Made by a program: the position numbers and the translations under genes. A stretch of DNA of 64,000 nt from an uncultured Gammaproteobacteria bacterium. GTDB taxonomy: Bacteria; Pseudomonadota; Gammaproteobacteria; Arenicellales; JAANXG01. The notes below the pieces were generated by a model. That model was not told where the DNA came from. It did no database searches and saw only the letters and a program-made list of their open reading frames with translations. Shown here one piece after another: positions 1 through 10,907 of this stretch (position 1 is the stretch's first letter; each line of letters starts with the position of its first letter). The DNA is taken from contig CAMYNL010000014.1 in the NCBI GenBank assembly GCA_947259705.1, forward strand, positions 36,875 to 100,874, in the 5' to 3' direction.

Positions 1-1
1 T

Positions 2-343
2 CAGCATTTGAACCACGTGAACGGTGCCTGGAACGAGTTCCACGACCAGGTTAGCGGCTTGCGCCTGAAGATCCCCCATATGGGCTGGAACACCGTTACG
101 CAGACCCGGCCCCATCCGCTCTGGAATGGTATCGCACAGGACGAGAGGTTTTATTTCGTCCATAGTTACTGCGCCCTGGGCAGCAATCCCGGCGAGATTT
201 ACGGGACCTGTGAATACGGCCGGCGTTTTACCGCTGCGGGCGGGCGCCGGAACATGTTCGCGGTGCAGTTCCATCCCGAGAAAAGCCAGCACGCGGGGCT
301 CACCTTGCTGCGCAATTTTGCTGGCTGGGACGGTGGCGCCTGA
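2..343 (+). CDS. hisH: Imidazole glycerol phosphate synthase glutaminase subunit, 3' part (5'-truncated by window)
   Basis: [15 protein letters not shown] and catalytic QFHPEKS motifs; directly upstream of hisA. Confidence 0.93.
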   Translation, partial: QHLNHVNGAWNEFHDQVSGLRLKIPHMGWNTVTQTRPHPLWNGIAQDERFYFVHSYCALGSNPGEIYGTCEYGRRFTAAGGRRNMFAVQFHPEKSQHAGLTLLRNFAGWDGGA

Positions 344-386
344 GCGCGCGGTAAGATCAGTATTGGAGGTAACTAAGGACTTAATT

Positions 387-1124
387 ATGCTTCTGATTCC
401 AGCAATCGATATCCAGGGGGGCAAGTGCGTCCGCCTGCGCCAGGGCAAGATGGATGACAGCACGGTGTTCGCGGACAATCCCGCGGATGCCGCTGCACGC
501 TGGGTTGCCGCGGGCGCAACCCGGCTGCACATCGTGGACCTGGACGGGGCGTCGGCGGGGCAACCGGTCAATGCGGAGATCGTGCACGCGGTCTGCGAGG
601 CGTGCCCCGGAGTGCCGGTACAGATCGGCGGCGGCATCCGTGACGAGGAGACCGTGGAAGCCTATCTGGATGCAGGCGCACAGTTCGTGATTCTGGGGAC
701 CAAGGCCGTGAATGAGCCGCATTTCGTCAGCGACCTGTGCGTGGAGTATCCAGGACACGTCATCGTCGGGCTGGATGCGAAGAATGGCAGGTTGGCTGTG
801 GATGGCTGGTCAAAGCTGTCGAAGCATGATGTCATCGATCTGGCCCAGCACTTCGAGAACGACGGCGTCGCCGCCATCATCTACACGGACATCTCCCGGG
901 ACGGCATGCTGACGGGCGTCAACGTCGAGGCCACCAAGCGGCTCGCGGAAGCTGTCCGCGTTCCGGTGATCGCCGCTGGCGGGGTCACCGATCTCGATGA
1001 TGTGCGCAAGCTCTGCGACATTGCCGACTCCGGCATTCTGGGGGTGATCACGGGCCGCGCAATCTATGAAGGAACGCTGGATTTTGCCGAGGGACTGAAA
1101 CTCGCCAGCGGTTGCCGAGAGTAA
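387..1124 (+). CDS. hisA: ProFAR isomerase
   Basis: Starts [20 protein letters not shown]; [15 protein letters not shown] and [12 protein letters not shown] motifs; ATG at 387 within track ORF 126..1124. Confidence 0.96.
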   Translation: MLLIPAIDIQGGKCVRLRQGKMDDSTVFADNPADAAARWVAAGATRLHIVDLDGASAGQPVNAEIVHAVCEACPGVPVQIGGGIRDEETVEAYLDAGAQFVILGTKAVNEPHFVSDLCVEYPGHVIVGLDAKNGRLAVDGWSKLSKHDVIDLAQHFENDGVAAIIYTDISRDGMLTGVNVEATKRLAEAVRVPVIAAGGVTDLDDVRKLCDIADSGILGVITGRAIYEGTLDFAEGLKLASGCRE

Positions 1125-1127
1125 TCC

Positions 1128-1898
1128 ATGGGACTGGCGAAACGCATAATTCCCTGTCTGGACGTGGACGCCGGAAGGGTGGTGAAGGGGGTCCGGTTCG
1201 TCGACATCCGCGACGCGGGGGATCCGGTGGAGGTGGCGCGTCGATATGATGAACAGGGCGCCGACGAGATCACCTTTCTGGACATTACCGCCAGCTCGGA
1301 TAACCGTGACACCATGGTTCATGTCGTGGAGCAGGTGGCGAGTGAAGTGTTTATCCCGCTAACTGTGGGCGGAGGGATCCGAGTGATCGAGGACGTCCGC
1401 AGGATGCTCAATGCCGGTGCTGACAAGGTGTCCATCAATACCGCCGCGGTTAACCGGCCGGAGTTCGTCCGGGAGGCCAGCGAGCATTTCGGCGCGCAGG
1501 CCATTGTGGTTGCCATCGACGCCAAGCAGGTCGGTGATGGTGAGGACCCGCGCTGGGAGATATTCACTCACGGCGGGCGGACTCCCACCGGTATCGACGC
1601 CGTCGAGTGGGGGCGTCGCATGGCCGAGTACGGGGCGGGCGAGATCCTGCTGACCAGCATGGACCGTGACGGCACCCGCAATGGATTTGATCTGGCGCTG
1701 ACCCGCGCCGTAGTGGAGGCCGTGCCGGTTCCGGTCATTGCCTCCGGCGGCGTGGGTAACCTCGAGCATCTTGTCGAGGGCGTCCTGCGGGGCGGCGCAG
1801 ACGCGGTGCTGGCAGCGAGTATTTTTCATTTCGGTGATTTCACCATCGCCGAGGCCAAGCAGTGCATGGCGGCGGCCGGGGTCGAAGTCCGCCTTTGA
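1128..1898 (+). CDS. hisF: Imidazole glycerol phosphate synthase cyclase subunit
   Basis: [18 protein letters not shown] and [10 protein letters not shown] motifs. Confidence 0.97.
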   Translation: MGLAKRIIPCLDVDAGRVVKGVRFVDIRDAGDPVEVARRYDEQGADEITFLDITASSDNRDTMVHVVEQVASEVFIPLTVGGGIRVIEDVRRMLNAGADKVSINTAAVNRPEFVREASEHFGAQAIVVAIDAKQVGDGEDPRWEIFTHGGRTPTGIDAVEWGRRMAEYGAGEILLTSMDRDGTRNGFDLALTRAVVEAVPVPVIASGGVGNLEHLVEGVLRGGADAVLAASIFHFGDFTIAEAKQCMAAAGVEVRL

Positions 1899-1938
1899 AC
1901 CCGGGTTGATGCTTGACGGGCAGAATAGAGGGCGAGGC

Positions 1939-2337
1939 ATGACGAACGAAGACTGGTTGGACCGGGTCAAATGGAACGAGCAGGGACTGGTGCCCGCGAT
2001 CGCCCAGGAGGCCCACAGCGGCAAGCTGCTGATGATGGCGTGGATGAACCGCGACGCCTTGCGACTCACGGTGGAGACCGGTACCGCTGTTTACTGGTCA
2101 CGTTCGCGGCGCAAGTTGTGGCACAAAGGGGAAGAGTCGGGCCACCGGCAACTGGTGCGCGAAGTGCGCATGGACTGCGATAACGACGTAATTCTCATTC
2201 AGGTTGAGCAAAAAGGCGGCATCGCCTGTCATACTGGCAGGCATCACTGTTTTTTTCAGCGGCTGGAAGACGGCGGGTGGCGAGTGGTTGAGCCGCAGCT
2301 CAAGGACCCTGCGCAGATCTACAGCAGAGGCGGATGA
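1939..2337 (+). CDS. hisI: Phosphoribosyl-AMP cyclohydrolase
   Basis: [22 protein letters not shown] and [10 protein letters not shown] motifs; ATG at 1939. Confidence 0.95.
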   Translation: MTNEDWLDRVKWNEQGLVPAIAQEAHSGKLLMMAWMNRDALRLTVETGTAVYWSRSRRKLWHKGEESGHRQLVREVRMDCDNDVILIQVEQKGGIACHTGRHHCFFQRLEDGGWRVVEPQLKDPAQIYSRGG

Positions 2338-2340
2338 GTT

Positions 2341-2664
2341 TTGGAGGAACACATCCTGACCAGACTGGCGCAGCTGCTGGCACAGCGCAAGACCCAGGAC
2401 CCGGATCAATCCTACGTTGCCGGTCTGTACGCGAAGGGTCTGGACGCGATCCTGAAGAAGGTCGGCGAGGAAGCCACCGAGACGGTGCTGGCGGCCAAGG
2501 ACGGTGACCCCGACAGATTGGTCTATGAGACTGCTGATCTATGGTTTCATACCTTGGTGATGCTGGCCCATCAGGATCTGGGCCCGGACGAGGTGCTGGC
2601 GGAACTCGAGCGACGCTTCGGTACGTCTGGATATGCGGAAAAGGCGGGCCGTAACAGTCGATGA
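2341..2664 (+). CDS. hisE: Phosphoribosyl-ATP pyrophosphohydrolase
   Basis: [19 protein letters not shown] and ETADLWFH motifs; TTG start (start uncertain). Confidence 0.93.
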   Translation: MEEHILTRLAQLLAQRKTQDPDQSYVAGLYAKGLDAILKKVGEEATETVLAAKDGDPDRLVYETADLWFHTLVMLAHQDLGPDEVLAELERRFGTSGYAEKAGRNSR

Positions 2665-2693
2665 ACATTTACATGTGTGATTAGGAGAAGCAG

Positions 2694-2924
2694 ATGGGCG
2701 TTGGTGGAATTAGTATTTGGCAGCTGTTGATCGTCCTGCTGATAGTCATCCTGCTGTTCGGCACCAAGAAGCTGCGGAACATCGGGTCCGACGTGGGTGG
2801 TGCAATCAAGACCTTCCGGAAATCCATGAAGGAAGACGAAGCGGAGCCCGACAAACAACTGGAGCAGAAATCCGAGCAGACGGCGGATGATGAAGTCGAG
2901 ACGACACATAAAGACAAGGCCTGA
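2694..2924 (+). CDS. tatA: Twin-arginine translocase subunit TatA
   Basis: [35 protein letters not shown]. Confidence 0.96.
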   Translation: MGVGGISIWQLLIVLLIVILLFGTKKLRNIGSDVGGAIKTFRKSMKEDEAEPDKQLEQKSEQTADDEVETTHKDKA

Positions 2925-2957
2925 CTGACTTAGCTCCGGCATTGAAAGATCGGCACG

Positions 2958-3332
2958 ATGTTTGACATCGGCTTCTGGGAGCTGTGCCTCATTGGCGTGA
3001 TCGCACTGCTGATCCTGGGTCCCGAGCGGCTTCCCAAGGTGGCGCGCACGGCGGGCTTCTGGGCCGGCCGCGCGCGGCGTTTCATGGCGGAGGTAAAGTC
3101 GGACATCGACGCTGAGATCCGTCGCGACGAAATTGAGTCGCTGCGCCAGGTTGGTGACGACATCAAGCGAGTGCAGCGCGACGTCGAGTCAGCCGGACGG
3201 GATATTGACCGTGATGTCGCCGCGGCCGACGAAGCCATAGCGGGCGCCGTCAACGCACAGCACAAATCCGCGGCCTCCGGAGAGTCCGACTCCGCCGCGA
3301 GCGAGCCCACAACGGGCTCCGGTAAGTCCTAG
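2958..3332 (+). CDS. tatB: Twin-arginine translocase subunit TatB
   Basis: MFDIGFWELCLIGVIALLILGPERLP. Confidence 0.96.
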   Translation: MFDIGFWELCLIGVIALLILGPERLPKVARTAGFWAGRARRFMAEVKSDIDAEIRRDEIESLRQVGDDIKRVQRDVESAGRDIDRDVAAADEAIAGAVNAQHKSAASGESDSAASEPTTGSGKS

Positions 3333-3337
3333 GCGCC

Positions 3338-4186
3338 ATGGCGGCGGCCGGTCAGACAGCGAAAGACACCTTCATCTCCCACCTGATGGAGCTGCGCGAC
3401 CGCCTGTTGCGGTCCGTGCTGGCGGTGCTGGTACTGTTCCTCATCGCGGCCCCGTTTGCCAATGATCTCTACACATTCTTCGCGCAGCCACTGATGTCGG
3501 CGTTGCCGGAAGGCAATACCATGATCTCCACCGAGCCCCACGGCCCGTTTTTCGTCCCCTTCAAGTTCGCGTTTGCGGTCGCGGTCGCCTTGGCCATGCC
3601 CGTTCTGCTCTATCAATTATGGGCCTTCGTCGCGCCAGGACTGTATGAAAACGAGAAGGCACTGGTATTCCCGCTGCTCGTTTCCAGCACCGCGCTGTTC
3701 TATGCCGGTATCGCGTTTGCTTACTACCTGGTGTTTCCGATCATCTTCGCCTTCTTCACCAGCACCGCCCCGGAAGGGGTGGCGGTGATGACGGAAATCA
3801 ACGCCTACCTGAGCTTTGCGCTCAAACTGTTCTTTGCGTTCGGGGTCGCTTTCGAGGTCCCCATCGCCACCGTGCTGCTGGTCAAGGCCGGTGCCACCAC
3901 GCCCGACCGCCTGGCCGCCAAGAGACCCTATATTATTGTCGGGGCATTCGTGGTGGGCATGCTGCTGACCCCGCCGGACATCTTCTCCCAGACCATGCTG
4001 GCGCTTCCCGTCTGGCTGCTGTTCGAGCTGGGGCTGATATTCTCACGTCGTTTCCGACCACCGGAGGAGGAAGACGAGGACGCGGCGGGCGATGAGCTCA
4101 TGGCCGAGGAGGAGATGGAGCGCGAGTTGCAGTCTGCGACACAGGAGATCGACCATGCCGATGACCGGAACACCACACCCAGTTAG
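3338..4186 (+). CDS. tatC: Twin-arginine translocase subunit TatC
   Basis: FISHLMELRDRL, six hydrophobic segments and LTPPD motif; acidic C-terminal tail. Confidence 0.96.
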   Translation: MAAAGQTAKDTFISHLMELRDRLLRSVLAVLVLFLIAAPFANDLYTFFAQPLMSALPEGNTMISTEPHGPFFVPFKFAFAVAVALAMPVLLYQLWAFVAPGLYENEKALVFPLLVSSTALFYAGIAFAYYLVFPIIFAFFTSTAPEGVAVMTEINAYLSFALKLFFAFGVAFEVPIATVLLVKAGATTPDRLAAKRPYIIVGAFVVGMLLTPPDIFSQTMLALPVWLLFELGLIFSRRFRPPEEEDEDAAGDELMAEEEMERELQSATQEIDHADDRNTTPS

Positions 4187-6071
4187 TGAGCGGGCGGCAG
4201 CGCGCGCCGGATCTTGGCGGCGCCTGATCCTGATCGGCGTCGCCATGGTGTCATGCACCGGCGTCGCCGCTGCCACCGAGACGCTGAGCAACCGGCTCGA
4301 AGGGCATCCCTCGCCCTACCTCGCGTTGCACGCCCAGGACCCGGTCGCATGGCAGGAGTGGGACGAGCGCGCGATTGCCCGGGCGCGGGCCGAGAACAAG
4401 CTCTTGTACCTCTCGATCGGGTATTTTTCGTGCCACTGGTGCCACGTGATGCAGCGCGAGAGTTACCGGGACGGGGGGGTGGCCGCGTTTCTCAATGCCA
4501 ATTTCATACCGGTGAAGGTGGATCGCGAGCTGGAAACAGCGCTGGACGCCCGCATGATCGAATTTGCCCAGGCGACCCAGGGCCGGGCGGGCTGGCCGCT
4601 GAACGTGTTCCTCACACCGGAAGGCTTTCCGCTGTACGCGGTTCTCTACCTGCCGCGCGATAATTTCATGCAGGTGCTGCAGCGTCTGCAAGGCCTGTGG
4701 CGCGACGACCACGCCAATTTGTCGTCCGTTGCTCGCCGGGAGGCCTCGTCGGCCCAGGGTCCCGGCGCACCGCGTCTCGACGCCAAAATGGTGGATGAAT
4801 ACGCACGCCGGATCGTGGTGGGGGCCCTCGAGATCGCCGACCCGCTTCACGGCGGCTTCGGCGACCAGAACAAGTTCCCGATGTCACCGCAGCTGGATTT
4901 TCTGCTCGCCGCCCAGCAACGCGCGGCGGCCGAGCCACTGGCCGCCATGCTGGAGCTGACCTTGGACGGCATGGCGCGCAACGGTCTTTACGATCATCTT
5001 GGGGGTGGCTTTTTTCGCTATACGGTGGACCCCTCCTGGGAGACCCCTCATTTCGAGAAGATGCTTTACGACAACGCTCAGCTCGCGCTGCTTTACCTGC
5101 GCGCCGCGGACGTGCTGCAAAAGCCTGAGTATCGCCTGGTGGCCCGCGAGACCCTGGATTTCATGGCGCGAGACATGATGGCGGACGACGGCGCCCTGGT
5201 GGCGTCCTTCTCAGCGGTGGACGCCAACGACGTCGAGGGCGGTTATTACCTGTGGGATCAGGCGGAACTCGCGCGGCGACTCACCAAGCCGGAGCAGCAG
5301 GTGTTGATGCTGGCATACCGTATGCAGGACGCACCGACCTTCGACGCCGGCTGGCTGCCCATGCTGGGCCCTTCCGCAGCCGATATCGCGGTTACCCTGG
5401 GCCGCCACGCCGACGCGGTGAGCAAAGACCTGGAGAGGGCCCAGGGCAAGCTGCGGCAGGTTCGCAGCGGCCGGACGCTGCCGGTGGATTCCAAGCTGCT
5501 GGCGGGCTGGAACGGTTTGGCCCTGACCGCGTTTGCCACCGCGGCCCAGGCTCTCCAGGAGCCCCGTTACCGAGAGACGGCGAGGGCGATTCGAGATTAC
5601 CTGGTCGGAGAGCTCTGGGATGGCAAGCAGTTGCTGCGGGCGGTGCGGCAAGGGCGTGTCCTGGGGAGGGCATCCATCGAGGACTACGCCTACGTGGGCC
5701 GGGGTCTCTATGCCTGGGCGCAGCTGACGGCCAGGCCGTCGGACATGGGATTGGCGCTGGCCGTGGCGCAGCAAGCTTGGGAGCGCTTCTACGGACCGCA
5801 AGGCTGGCGGCTGACCGAGCATAGCCTGATCGCGGTCGGTGACACACACGACGTGATCGAGGACGGTCCCATGCCCTCGCCCTCGGGTGTCATCACACGT
5901 CTGAGCCTGGCGCTGGCCGCCGCGACCGGAGACGAGGCGCTGCGCGATCGCGCCCTCGGGGCACTGAACAGCGGGCACGATCTGATCGCGGCCGAACCCT
6001 TCTGGTACGCCAGCCAGGTCCTCGCCATGGTGTCGGCGTTCGAGGCGAAGACCGGCACAGTAAGCCGGTAG
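4155..6071 (+). CDS. Thioredoxin-domain protein, YyaL/SSP411 (DUF255) family, with N-terminal signal-like segment
   Basis: SPYLALHAQDPVAW, SCHWCHVM (CxxC), FIPVKVDRE, GWPLNVFLTP and PHFEKMLYDNA; AGGAG upstream of ATG 4155; overlaps the tatC end. Confidence 0.88.
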   Translation: MPMTGTPHPVSERAAARAGSWRRLILIGVAMVSCTGVAAATETLSNRLEGHPSPYLALHAQDPVAWQEWDERAIARARAENKLLYLSIGYFSCHWCHVMQRESYRDGGVAAFLNANFIPVKVDRELETALDARMIEFAQATQGRAGWPLNVFLTPEGFPLYAVLYLPRDNFMQVLQRLQGLWRDDHANLSSVARREASSAQGPGAPRLDAKMVDEYARRIVVGALEIADPLHGGFGDQNKFPMSPQLDFLLAAQQRAAAEPLAAMLELTLDGMARNGLYDHLGGGFFRYTVDPSWETPHFEKMLYDNAQLALLYLRAADVLQKPEYRLVARETLDFMARDMMADDGALVASFSAVDANDVEGGYYLWDQAELARRLTKPEQQVLMLAYRMQDAPTFDAGWLPMLGPSAADIAVTLGRHADAVSKDLERAQGKLRQVRSGRTLPVDSKLLAGWNGLALTAFATAAQALQEPRYRETARAIRDYLVGELWDGKQLLRAVRQGRVLGRASIEDYAYVGRGLYAWAQLTARPSDMGLALAVAQQAWERFYGPQGWRLTEHSLIAVGDTHDVIEDGPMPSPSGVITRLSLALAAATGDEALRDRALGALNSGHDLIAAEPFWYASQVLAMVSAFEAKTGTVSR

Positions 6072-6075
6072 TCTC

Positions 6076-8085
6076 GTGTCTCCGCCACTGAACCGCCGGC
6101 AACGGGACGCGGTGCGGCACACCGTGGGTCCTTTGCTGGTACTGGCCGGCGCCGGCAGCGGCAAGACCCGGGTCATCACCTACAAGATCGCACATCTGCT
6201 GGGTGCCTGTGGATGCGATGCGAACACCGTTTTCGCGGTGACCTTTACCAACAGGGCGGCGCGGGAGATGAAGTCGAGGCTGTCCGGGATGCTGGGCCCC
6301 GAACAGGTCAAAACACTGTCGGTATCAACGTTCCATAGTCTGGGTCTGCGCATATTGCGCGAGCATGCGCGGGAGATCGGCTTGCGGCGGGGCTTCTCCA
6401 TCATCGATGCCGCTGATGCGGCGCTGGTGGTGCGCGAACTGACCCGCTCGGAACTGACCGCTGAGCGCAGTCTCAGCGATCGCGTCAAGGATCAGATATC
6501 GCGCTGGAAGAACGACCTGGTGACCCCGTCCGTGGTGGACGCAGCCGCCGGCAACGATCCAGTCACGGCGGCCGCGGCCAGGATCTATGCCGACTACGAG
6601 CGCCGATTGCGGGCCTGTAACGTGGTAGACCTGGATGACCTGGTGCTGGCGCCGATCCTGTTGTTTCGGCAACGGCCGGAGGTGCTGGACCGCTGGCAGG
6701 CCCGCGTCGCATACCTGCTGGTGGACGAGTACCAGGACACCAATGCCAGTCAGTACGAGCTGGTCAAGCTGCTGGTGGGTGAGGGCCGGGGGCTGACAGC
6801 GGTCGGTGACGATGACCAATCCATCTACGCATGGCGTGGCGCACAGCCGGAGAACCTGGAAACTCTAACGCAGGATTTTCCGGATTTGACGGTGGTCAAG
6901 CTCGAGCAGAACTATCGGTCGACGGGGCGGATCCTGCACGCGGCCAACACCTTGATTGCCAACAACCCGCGACCATTCGAGAAGAACCTCTGGAGTGAGC
7001 TGGGCCATGGTGATCCCATCGACGTCGTCATCGGACGCAATGAGGAGCACGAGGCGGAACGGGTGGTGTCGCGGATCCTGCATCATCGTTTTCAGCACAA
7101 CACGGCTTACGGTGACTACGCCATCCTTTACCGCGGCAACCACCAGTCGCGCTGGTTCGAGCTGAAGCTTCGCGAAATGCGCATCCCCTATTACCTGAGC
7201 GGGCAGCTGTCTTTCTTCGACCGCGCCGAGATCAAGGACGTGATGGCGTACCTGCGATTGCTTACCAACCCCGGTGATGACAATGCGTTTTTACGCGTGG
7301 TCAATACGCCGCGGCGGGGCATTGGCACCCAGACACTGGAAAAGCTGGGCCGAATCGCAGCCGCCGCTGACACCAGCCTGTTCGCCGCGATTTCTCAGGC
7401 CGGTATTGAGCGCGAGCTCAGCGCGCGCCAGACGGCGCCGCTGCGGCTGTTCGCCGACTGGTTGAATGAACGTGCCGACGCCCTGCTGCAGGCTGACCCG
7501 GTGGACCTGGTACAGGGCCTGCTCGACGACATGGGCTACGAGGACTGGCTGCGTAACACCGCCGGGAGTCCGCGGGCCGCCGAGAACCGCTGGAACAATG
7601 TGCGCGAGCTGGTCGCCTGGCTGGGCCGCTTGAGCAGGGCGGAGCCGCGCTGGGATCTGCCGGACCTGGTGGCTGCACTGACCCTGATGGACATGCTGGA
7701 CGAGCAGGACGAGGGCGACGGCAACGACATGGTGTCGTTGATGACCCTGCACGCCGCCAAAGGTCTGGAGTTCCCGTACGTGTTCGTCACCGGGGTGGAA
7801 GAGGACCTGCTGCCGCACCGCTCCAGTCTTGTCGAGGAAAGCATCGCCGAGGAGCGTCGGCTTTTCTATGTCGGCATCACCCGCGCCCAGCGTCGCCTGA
7901 GCCTGTCAATGGCCCGCCAGAGGCGGCGCTACCAAGAAGTGGCGGAATGTCAGCCCAGCCGGTTCATCGATGAGCTGCCTGCCCAGGACCTCAACTGGCT
8001 CGATGATCGGGGCGTCCAGGTCGAGGGTGAACGGCAGCAACTGGGACAGGCGCACCTGGAGAACCTGCGCGCCCTGCTGAGGTGA
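6076..8085 (+). CDS. rep: ATP-dependent DNA helicase Rep (UvrD family)
   Basis: AGAGSGKT, VDEYQDTN, VGDDDQSIYAWRGA, LEQNYRS, TLHAAKGLEF and EERRLFYVGITRA; 669 aa with no PcrA/UvrD C-terminal domain. Confidence 0.9.
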   Translation: MSPPLNRRQRDAVRHTVGPLLVLAGAGSGKTRVITYKIAHLLGACGCDANTVFAVTFTNRAAREMKSRLSGMLGPEQVKTLSVSTFHSLGLRILREHAREIGLRRGFSIIDAADAALVVRELTRSELTAERSLSDRVKDQISRWKNDLVTPSVVDAAAGNDPVTAAAARIYADYERRLRACNVVDLDDLVLAPILLFRQRPEVLDRWQARVAYLLVDEYQDTNASQYELVKLLVGEGRGLTAVGDDDQSIYAWRGAQPENLETLTQDFPDLTVVKLEQNYRSTGRILHAANTLIANNPRPFEKNLWSELGHGDPIDVVIGRNEEHEAERVVSRILHHRFQHNTAYGDYAILYRGNHQSRWFELKLREMRIPYYLSGQLSFFDRAEIKDVMAYLRLLTNPGDDNAFLRVVNTPRRGIGTQTLEKLGRIAAAADTSLFAAISQAGIERELSARQTAPLRLFADWLNERADALLQADPVDLVQGLLDDMGYEDWLRNTAGSPRAAENRWNNVRELVAWLGRLSRAEPRWDLPDLVAALTLMDMLDEQDEGDGNDMVSLMTLHAAKGLEFPYVFVTGVEEDLLPHRSSLVEESIAEERRLFYVGITRAQRRLSLSMARQRRRYQEVAECQPSRFIDELPAQDLNWLDDRGVQVEGERQQLGQAHLENLRALLR

Positions 8086-8278
8086 GCGGGATCCAGTCGG
8101 CAGAAAAGCCCCACAACCCCCGGTGCCATCTGCTATAATCGCGCGCCCGCCGTGTAGGTTGATTCGCCTGACGGTCGGACCCAGGGCACCTCAATTTCAA
8201 AATAGCTGGCATTCAATACCGTTGGTAAATCGCTGTATCCAATCCGGGTGTGGCTAGATCAATTCGCTAGGAGTTCTC

Positions 8279-8878
8279 ATGGCCGACGATCGCGTAGACA
8301 AGGGGCGCCGCCGCTTCCTCACGGCAGCGACCACCGGCGTAGGCTTGGTGGGCGGGGCATTTGCCGCAACGCCGTTCATACTCAGCATGGCACCGAGCGA
8401 GCGCGCCAAGGCTGCTGGGGCGCCGGTTGAAATCGACATCAGCAAGCTCGAAGCGGGGCAGATGATTCGCGAGGAGTGGCGCGGTATGCCGGTCTGGGTG
8501 CTGAACCGCACCCAGGACATGCTGGATCGGCTGCCGAAGATCGAGGAATGGCTCGCCGACCCCGAGTCCGCGAACAGCAGCCAACCTGAGTTCGCGATCA
8601 ACGAATGGCGCTCTCTGAAACCGGAGATTCTGGTGCTGGTGGGGATCTGCACCCATCTGGGCTGCGCGCCGGTGGAGAATTTCGCGATCGGCCCCGGATC
8701 AGGCCTGGGAGATGACTGGCCCGGCGGATTTTTCTGCCCCTGTCACGGTTCCAAGTTCGATCTCGCGGGCCGGGTCTACAAAGGTGTCCCCGCGCCGGAC
8801 AACCTTGCCGTCCCGCCATATAGATTCCTCAGCGACACCGTGATCCTGGTGGGTGAAGATGGAGGTGCTGAGGCATGA
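8279..8878 (+). CDS. petA: Ubiquinol-cytochrome c reductase Rieske subunit
   Basis: Tat motif GRRRFL; CTHLGC and CPCHGS Rieske boxes. Confidence 0.97.
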   Translation: MADDRVDKGRRRFLTAATTGVGLVGGAFAATPFILSMAPSERAKAAGAPVEIDISKLEAGQMIREEWRGMPVWVLNRTQDMLDRLPKIEEWLADPESANSSQPEFAINEWRSLKPEILVLVGICTHLGCAPVENFAIGPGSGLGDDWPGGFFCPCHGSKFDLAGRVYKGVPAPDNLAVPPYRFLSDTVILVGEDGGAEA

Positions 8879-10131
8879 GCGGTAAATTTCTGACCTGGAT
8901 CGATGACCGTTTTCCGCTGACCAAAACGTGGAACGAGCACCTCGCCCAGTACTACGCACCAAAGAACTTCAACTTCTGGTATTACTTCGGCTCGCTGGCA
9001 ATCCTCATGCTGGTGTTGCAGATAGTGACCGGTATTTTCCTGACCATGCACTACAAGCCGGATTCGAATCTGGCGTTTGCTTCGGTCGAATACATCATGC
9101 GCGACGTGCCTTGGGGCTGGTTGATGCGTTATCTCCACTCCGTCGGCGGCTCCATGTTTTTTATCGTCGTCTACCTGCACATGTTCCGGGCCCTGCTCTA
9201 CGGATCCTACCGCGAACCGCGGGAACTGCTCTGGCTTATAGGCTGCGTGATCTTCGTGGCGCTGATGGCTGAGGCCTTCATGGGCTACCTGCTGCCCTGG
9301 GGCAATATGTCGTATTGGGGCGCCCAAGTGATTATTTCCCTGTTCGGCGCTATTCCCTACATCGGGGACGGGCTGTCGGAGTGGATCCGCGGTGATTTCG
9401 TGGTCTCGGACGCCACCCTAAACCGCTTCTTCTCGCTGCACGTGGCCGCACTGCCACTGGTGTTGGTCGCGCTGGTGTTCGTGCATATCGTGGCCTTGCA
9501 CAAGGTCGGGTCCAATAATCCGGACGGCATCGAGATCAAGCAAAACAAAGATGCCAACGGTGTGCCCAAGGACGGCATTCCGTTTCACCCTTACTACACG
9601 GTCAAGGACATCGTCGGGGTCGGGGTGTTCATGATGCTGTACCTGGGGATTGTGTTTTTTGCCCCGGAATTCTTCGGTTTTTTCCTGGAGAAAGACAATT
9701 TTGCGCCGGCCAATTCGCTGCAGACGCCGCCGGATATCGTACCGCTTTGGTACTTCACCCCGTTTTATTCGATCCTGCGGGCGATCACTTACCCGCTGTT
9801 CGGCATTGACGCCAAGGTGTGGGGTGTCGTGGCCATGGGCCTGTCCATCTTCCTGTTGTTCCTGTTGCCCTGGCTGGACAGGTCACCGGTAAAGTCCATC
9901 CGATACCGCGGTCCAACCTACAAGGTGATGCTGACATTGTTTGTAGTCGCCTTCATTATCCTTGGCTATATGGGCATGAAGCACCCGGACCATACCGATC
10001 TGATCTGGTTCAAGAACGTACGCTGGGCACAGCTCGGGACCTTGGTGTACTTCGCCTTTTTCGTTTCGCTGCCGTTTTATTCGAGGCGGGAGAAAACCAA
10101 GCCGGTGCCGGAAAGGGTGACGTTCAAATGA
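8875..10131 (+). CDS. petB: Cytochrome b
   Basis: YLLPWGNMSYWGAQV, RFFSLH and PLWYF (PEWY equivalent); ATGA overlap with petA. Confidence 0.97.
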   Translation: MSGKFLTWIDDRFPLTKTWNEHLAQYYAPKNFNFWYYFGSLAILMLVLQIVTGIFLTMHYKPDSNLAFASVEYIMRDVPWGWLMRYLHSVGGSMFFIVVYLHMFRALLYGSYREPRELLWLIGCVIFVALMAEAFMGYLLPWGNMSYWGAQVIISLFGAIPYIGDGLSEWIRGDFVVSDATLNRFFSLHVAALPLVLVALVFVHIVALHKVGSNNPDGIEIKQNKDANGVPKDGIPFHPYYTVKDIVGVGVFMMLYLGIVFFAPEFFGFFLEKDNFAPANSLQTPPDIVPLWYFTPFYSILRAITYPLFGIDAKVWGVVAMGLSIFLLFLLPWLDRSPVKSIRYRGPTYKVMLTLFVVAFIILGYMGMKHPDHTDLIWFKNVRWAQLGTLVYFAFFVSLPFYSRREKTKPVPERVTFK

Positions 10132-10853
10132 AGAAGATAATCATTGCCTTGGTGTTGGCGGCGATGCCGCCCCTATGTACTGCGGCGGAGTCCCAGGTGC
10201 CGTTGGATTCGGTCTATGTCAATTTGAACGACAAGGCTTCGCTGCAGCGTGGTGCGCGGCTGTTCGTCAATTTCTGTCTGTCCTGTCACAGTGCCTCATT
10301 CATGCGCTACAACCGCATGGCGAATGATCTTGATATCAGCGAGGATCTGCTGAAGGAAAACCTGATGTTCGCCAGCGGCAAGACCGGGGCCCTGATGAAG
10401 ACGACGATGCCGGCGGATGACGCCAAGAAATGGTTCGGCGTCGCGCCACCGGACCTGACCGTGGTGGCCCGGGTGCGCAAGCCCGAATGGATCTACACCT
10501 ACCTGCGCAGTTTTTATCTGGACGAAGCGTCCCCCAGCGGCTGGAACAACACCCTGTTCGAGAATGTGGCCATGCCTCACATACTTTATGAGTTACAGGG
10601 CAGTCAGCGGGCGGTGTTCAAGGAGGAAAACGGGGTCACGGAGTTCGACCGCTTCGAGCTGCAGGAACCTGGCACCATGACACCGGCGGAGTACGACAAC
10701 GCAATGCGGGACCTGACCAATTTCCTGGTGTACCTCGGGGAGCCCGCGAAGCTGAAACGTTACACCATCGGGGTTTTCGTGATTCTGTTTTTGATCATGC
10801 TGACCGTGCTTAGTTACCTGTTGAAGAAGGAATACTGGAAAGACATCCATTGA
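10128..10853 (+). CDS. petC: Cytochrome c1
   Basis: Signal peptide, CLSCH heme motif, PPDL and C-terminal TM helix; ATGA overlap with petB. Confidence 0.96.
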   Translation: MKKIIIALVLAAMPPLCTAAESQVPLDSVYVNLNDKASLQRGARLFVNFCLSCHSASFMRYNRMANDLDISEDLLKENLMFASGKTGALMKTTMPADDAKKWFGVAPPDLTVVARVRKPEWIYTYLRSFYLDEASPSGWNNTLFENVAMPHILYELQGSQRAVFKEENGVTEFDRFELQEPGTMTPAEYDNAMRDLTNFLVYLGEPAKLKRYTIGVFVILFLIMLTVLSYLLKKEYWKDIH

Positions 10854-10907
10854 CGCGCCCTGCCGGCATCTGAGGAATCGGCGCGCCGCGGACGCAAAGG
10901 CAACTAT

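Noticed and set aside
1-45. HisH-frame residues before KIPHMGWN look atypical
   Set aside because: This is a variable loop at the window edge; not enough evidence for a junction
2331-2345. Possible +1 T homopolymer error at the hisE start (ATGAGTTTTGGAG; one fewer T gives MSLEEHIL)
   Set aside because: A TTG start at 2341 yields a complete HisE; cannot be resolved without reads
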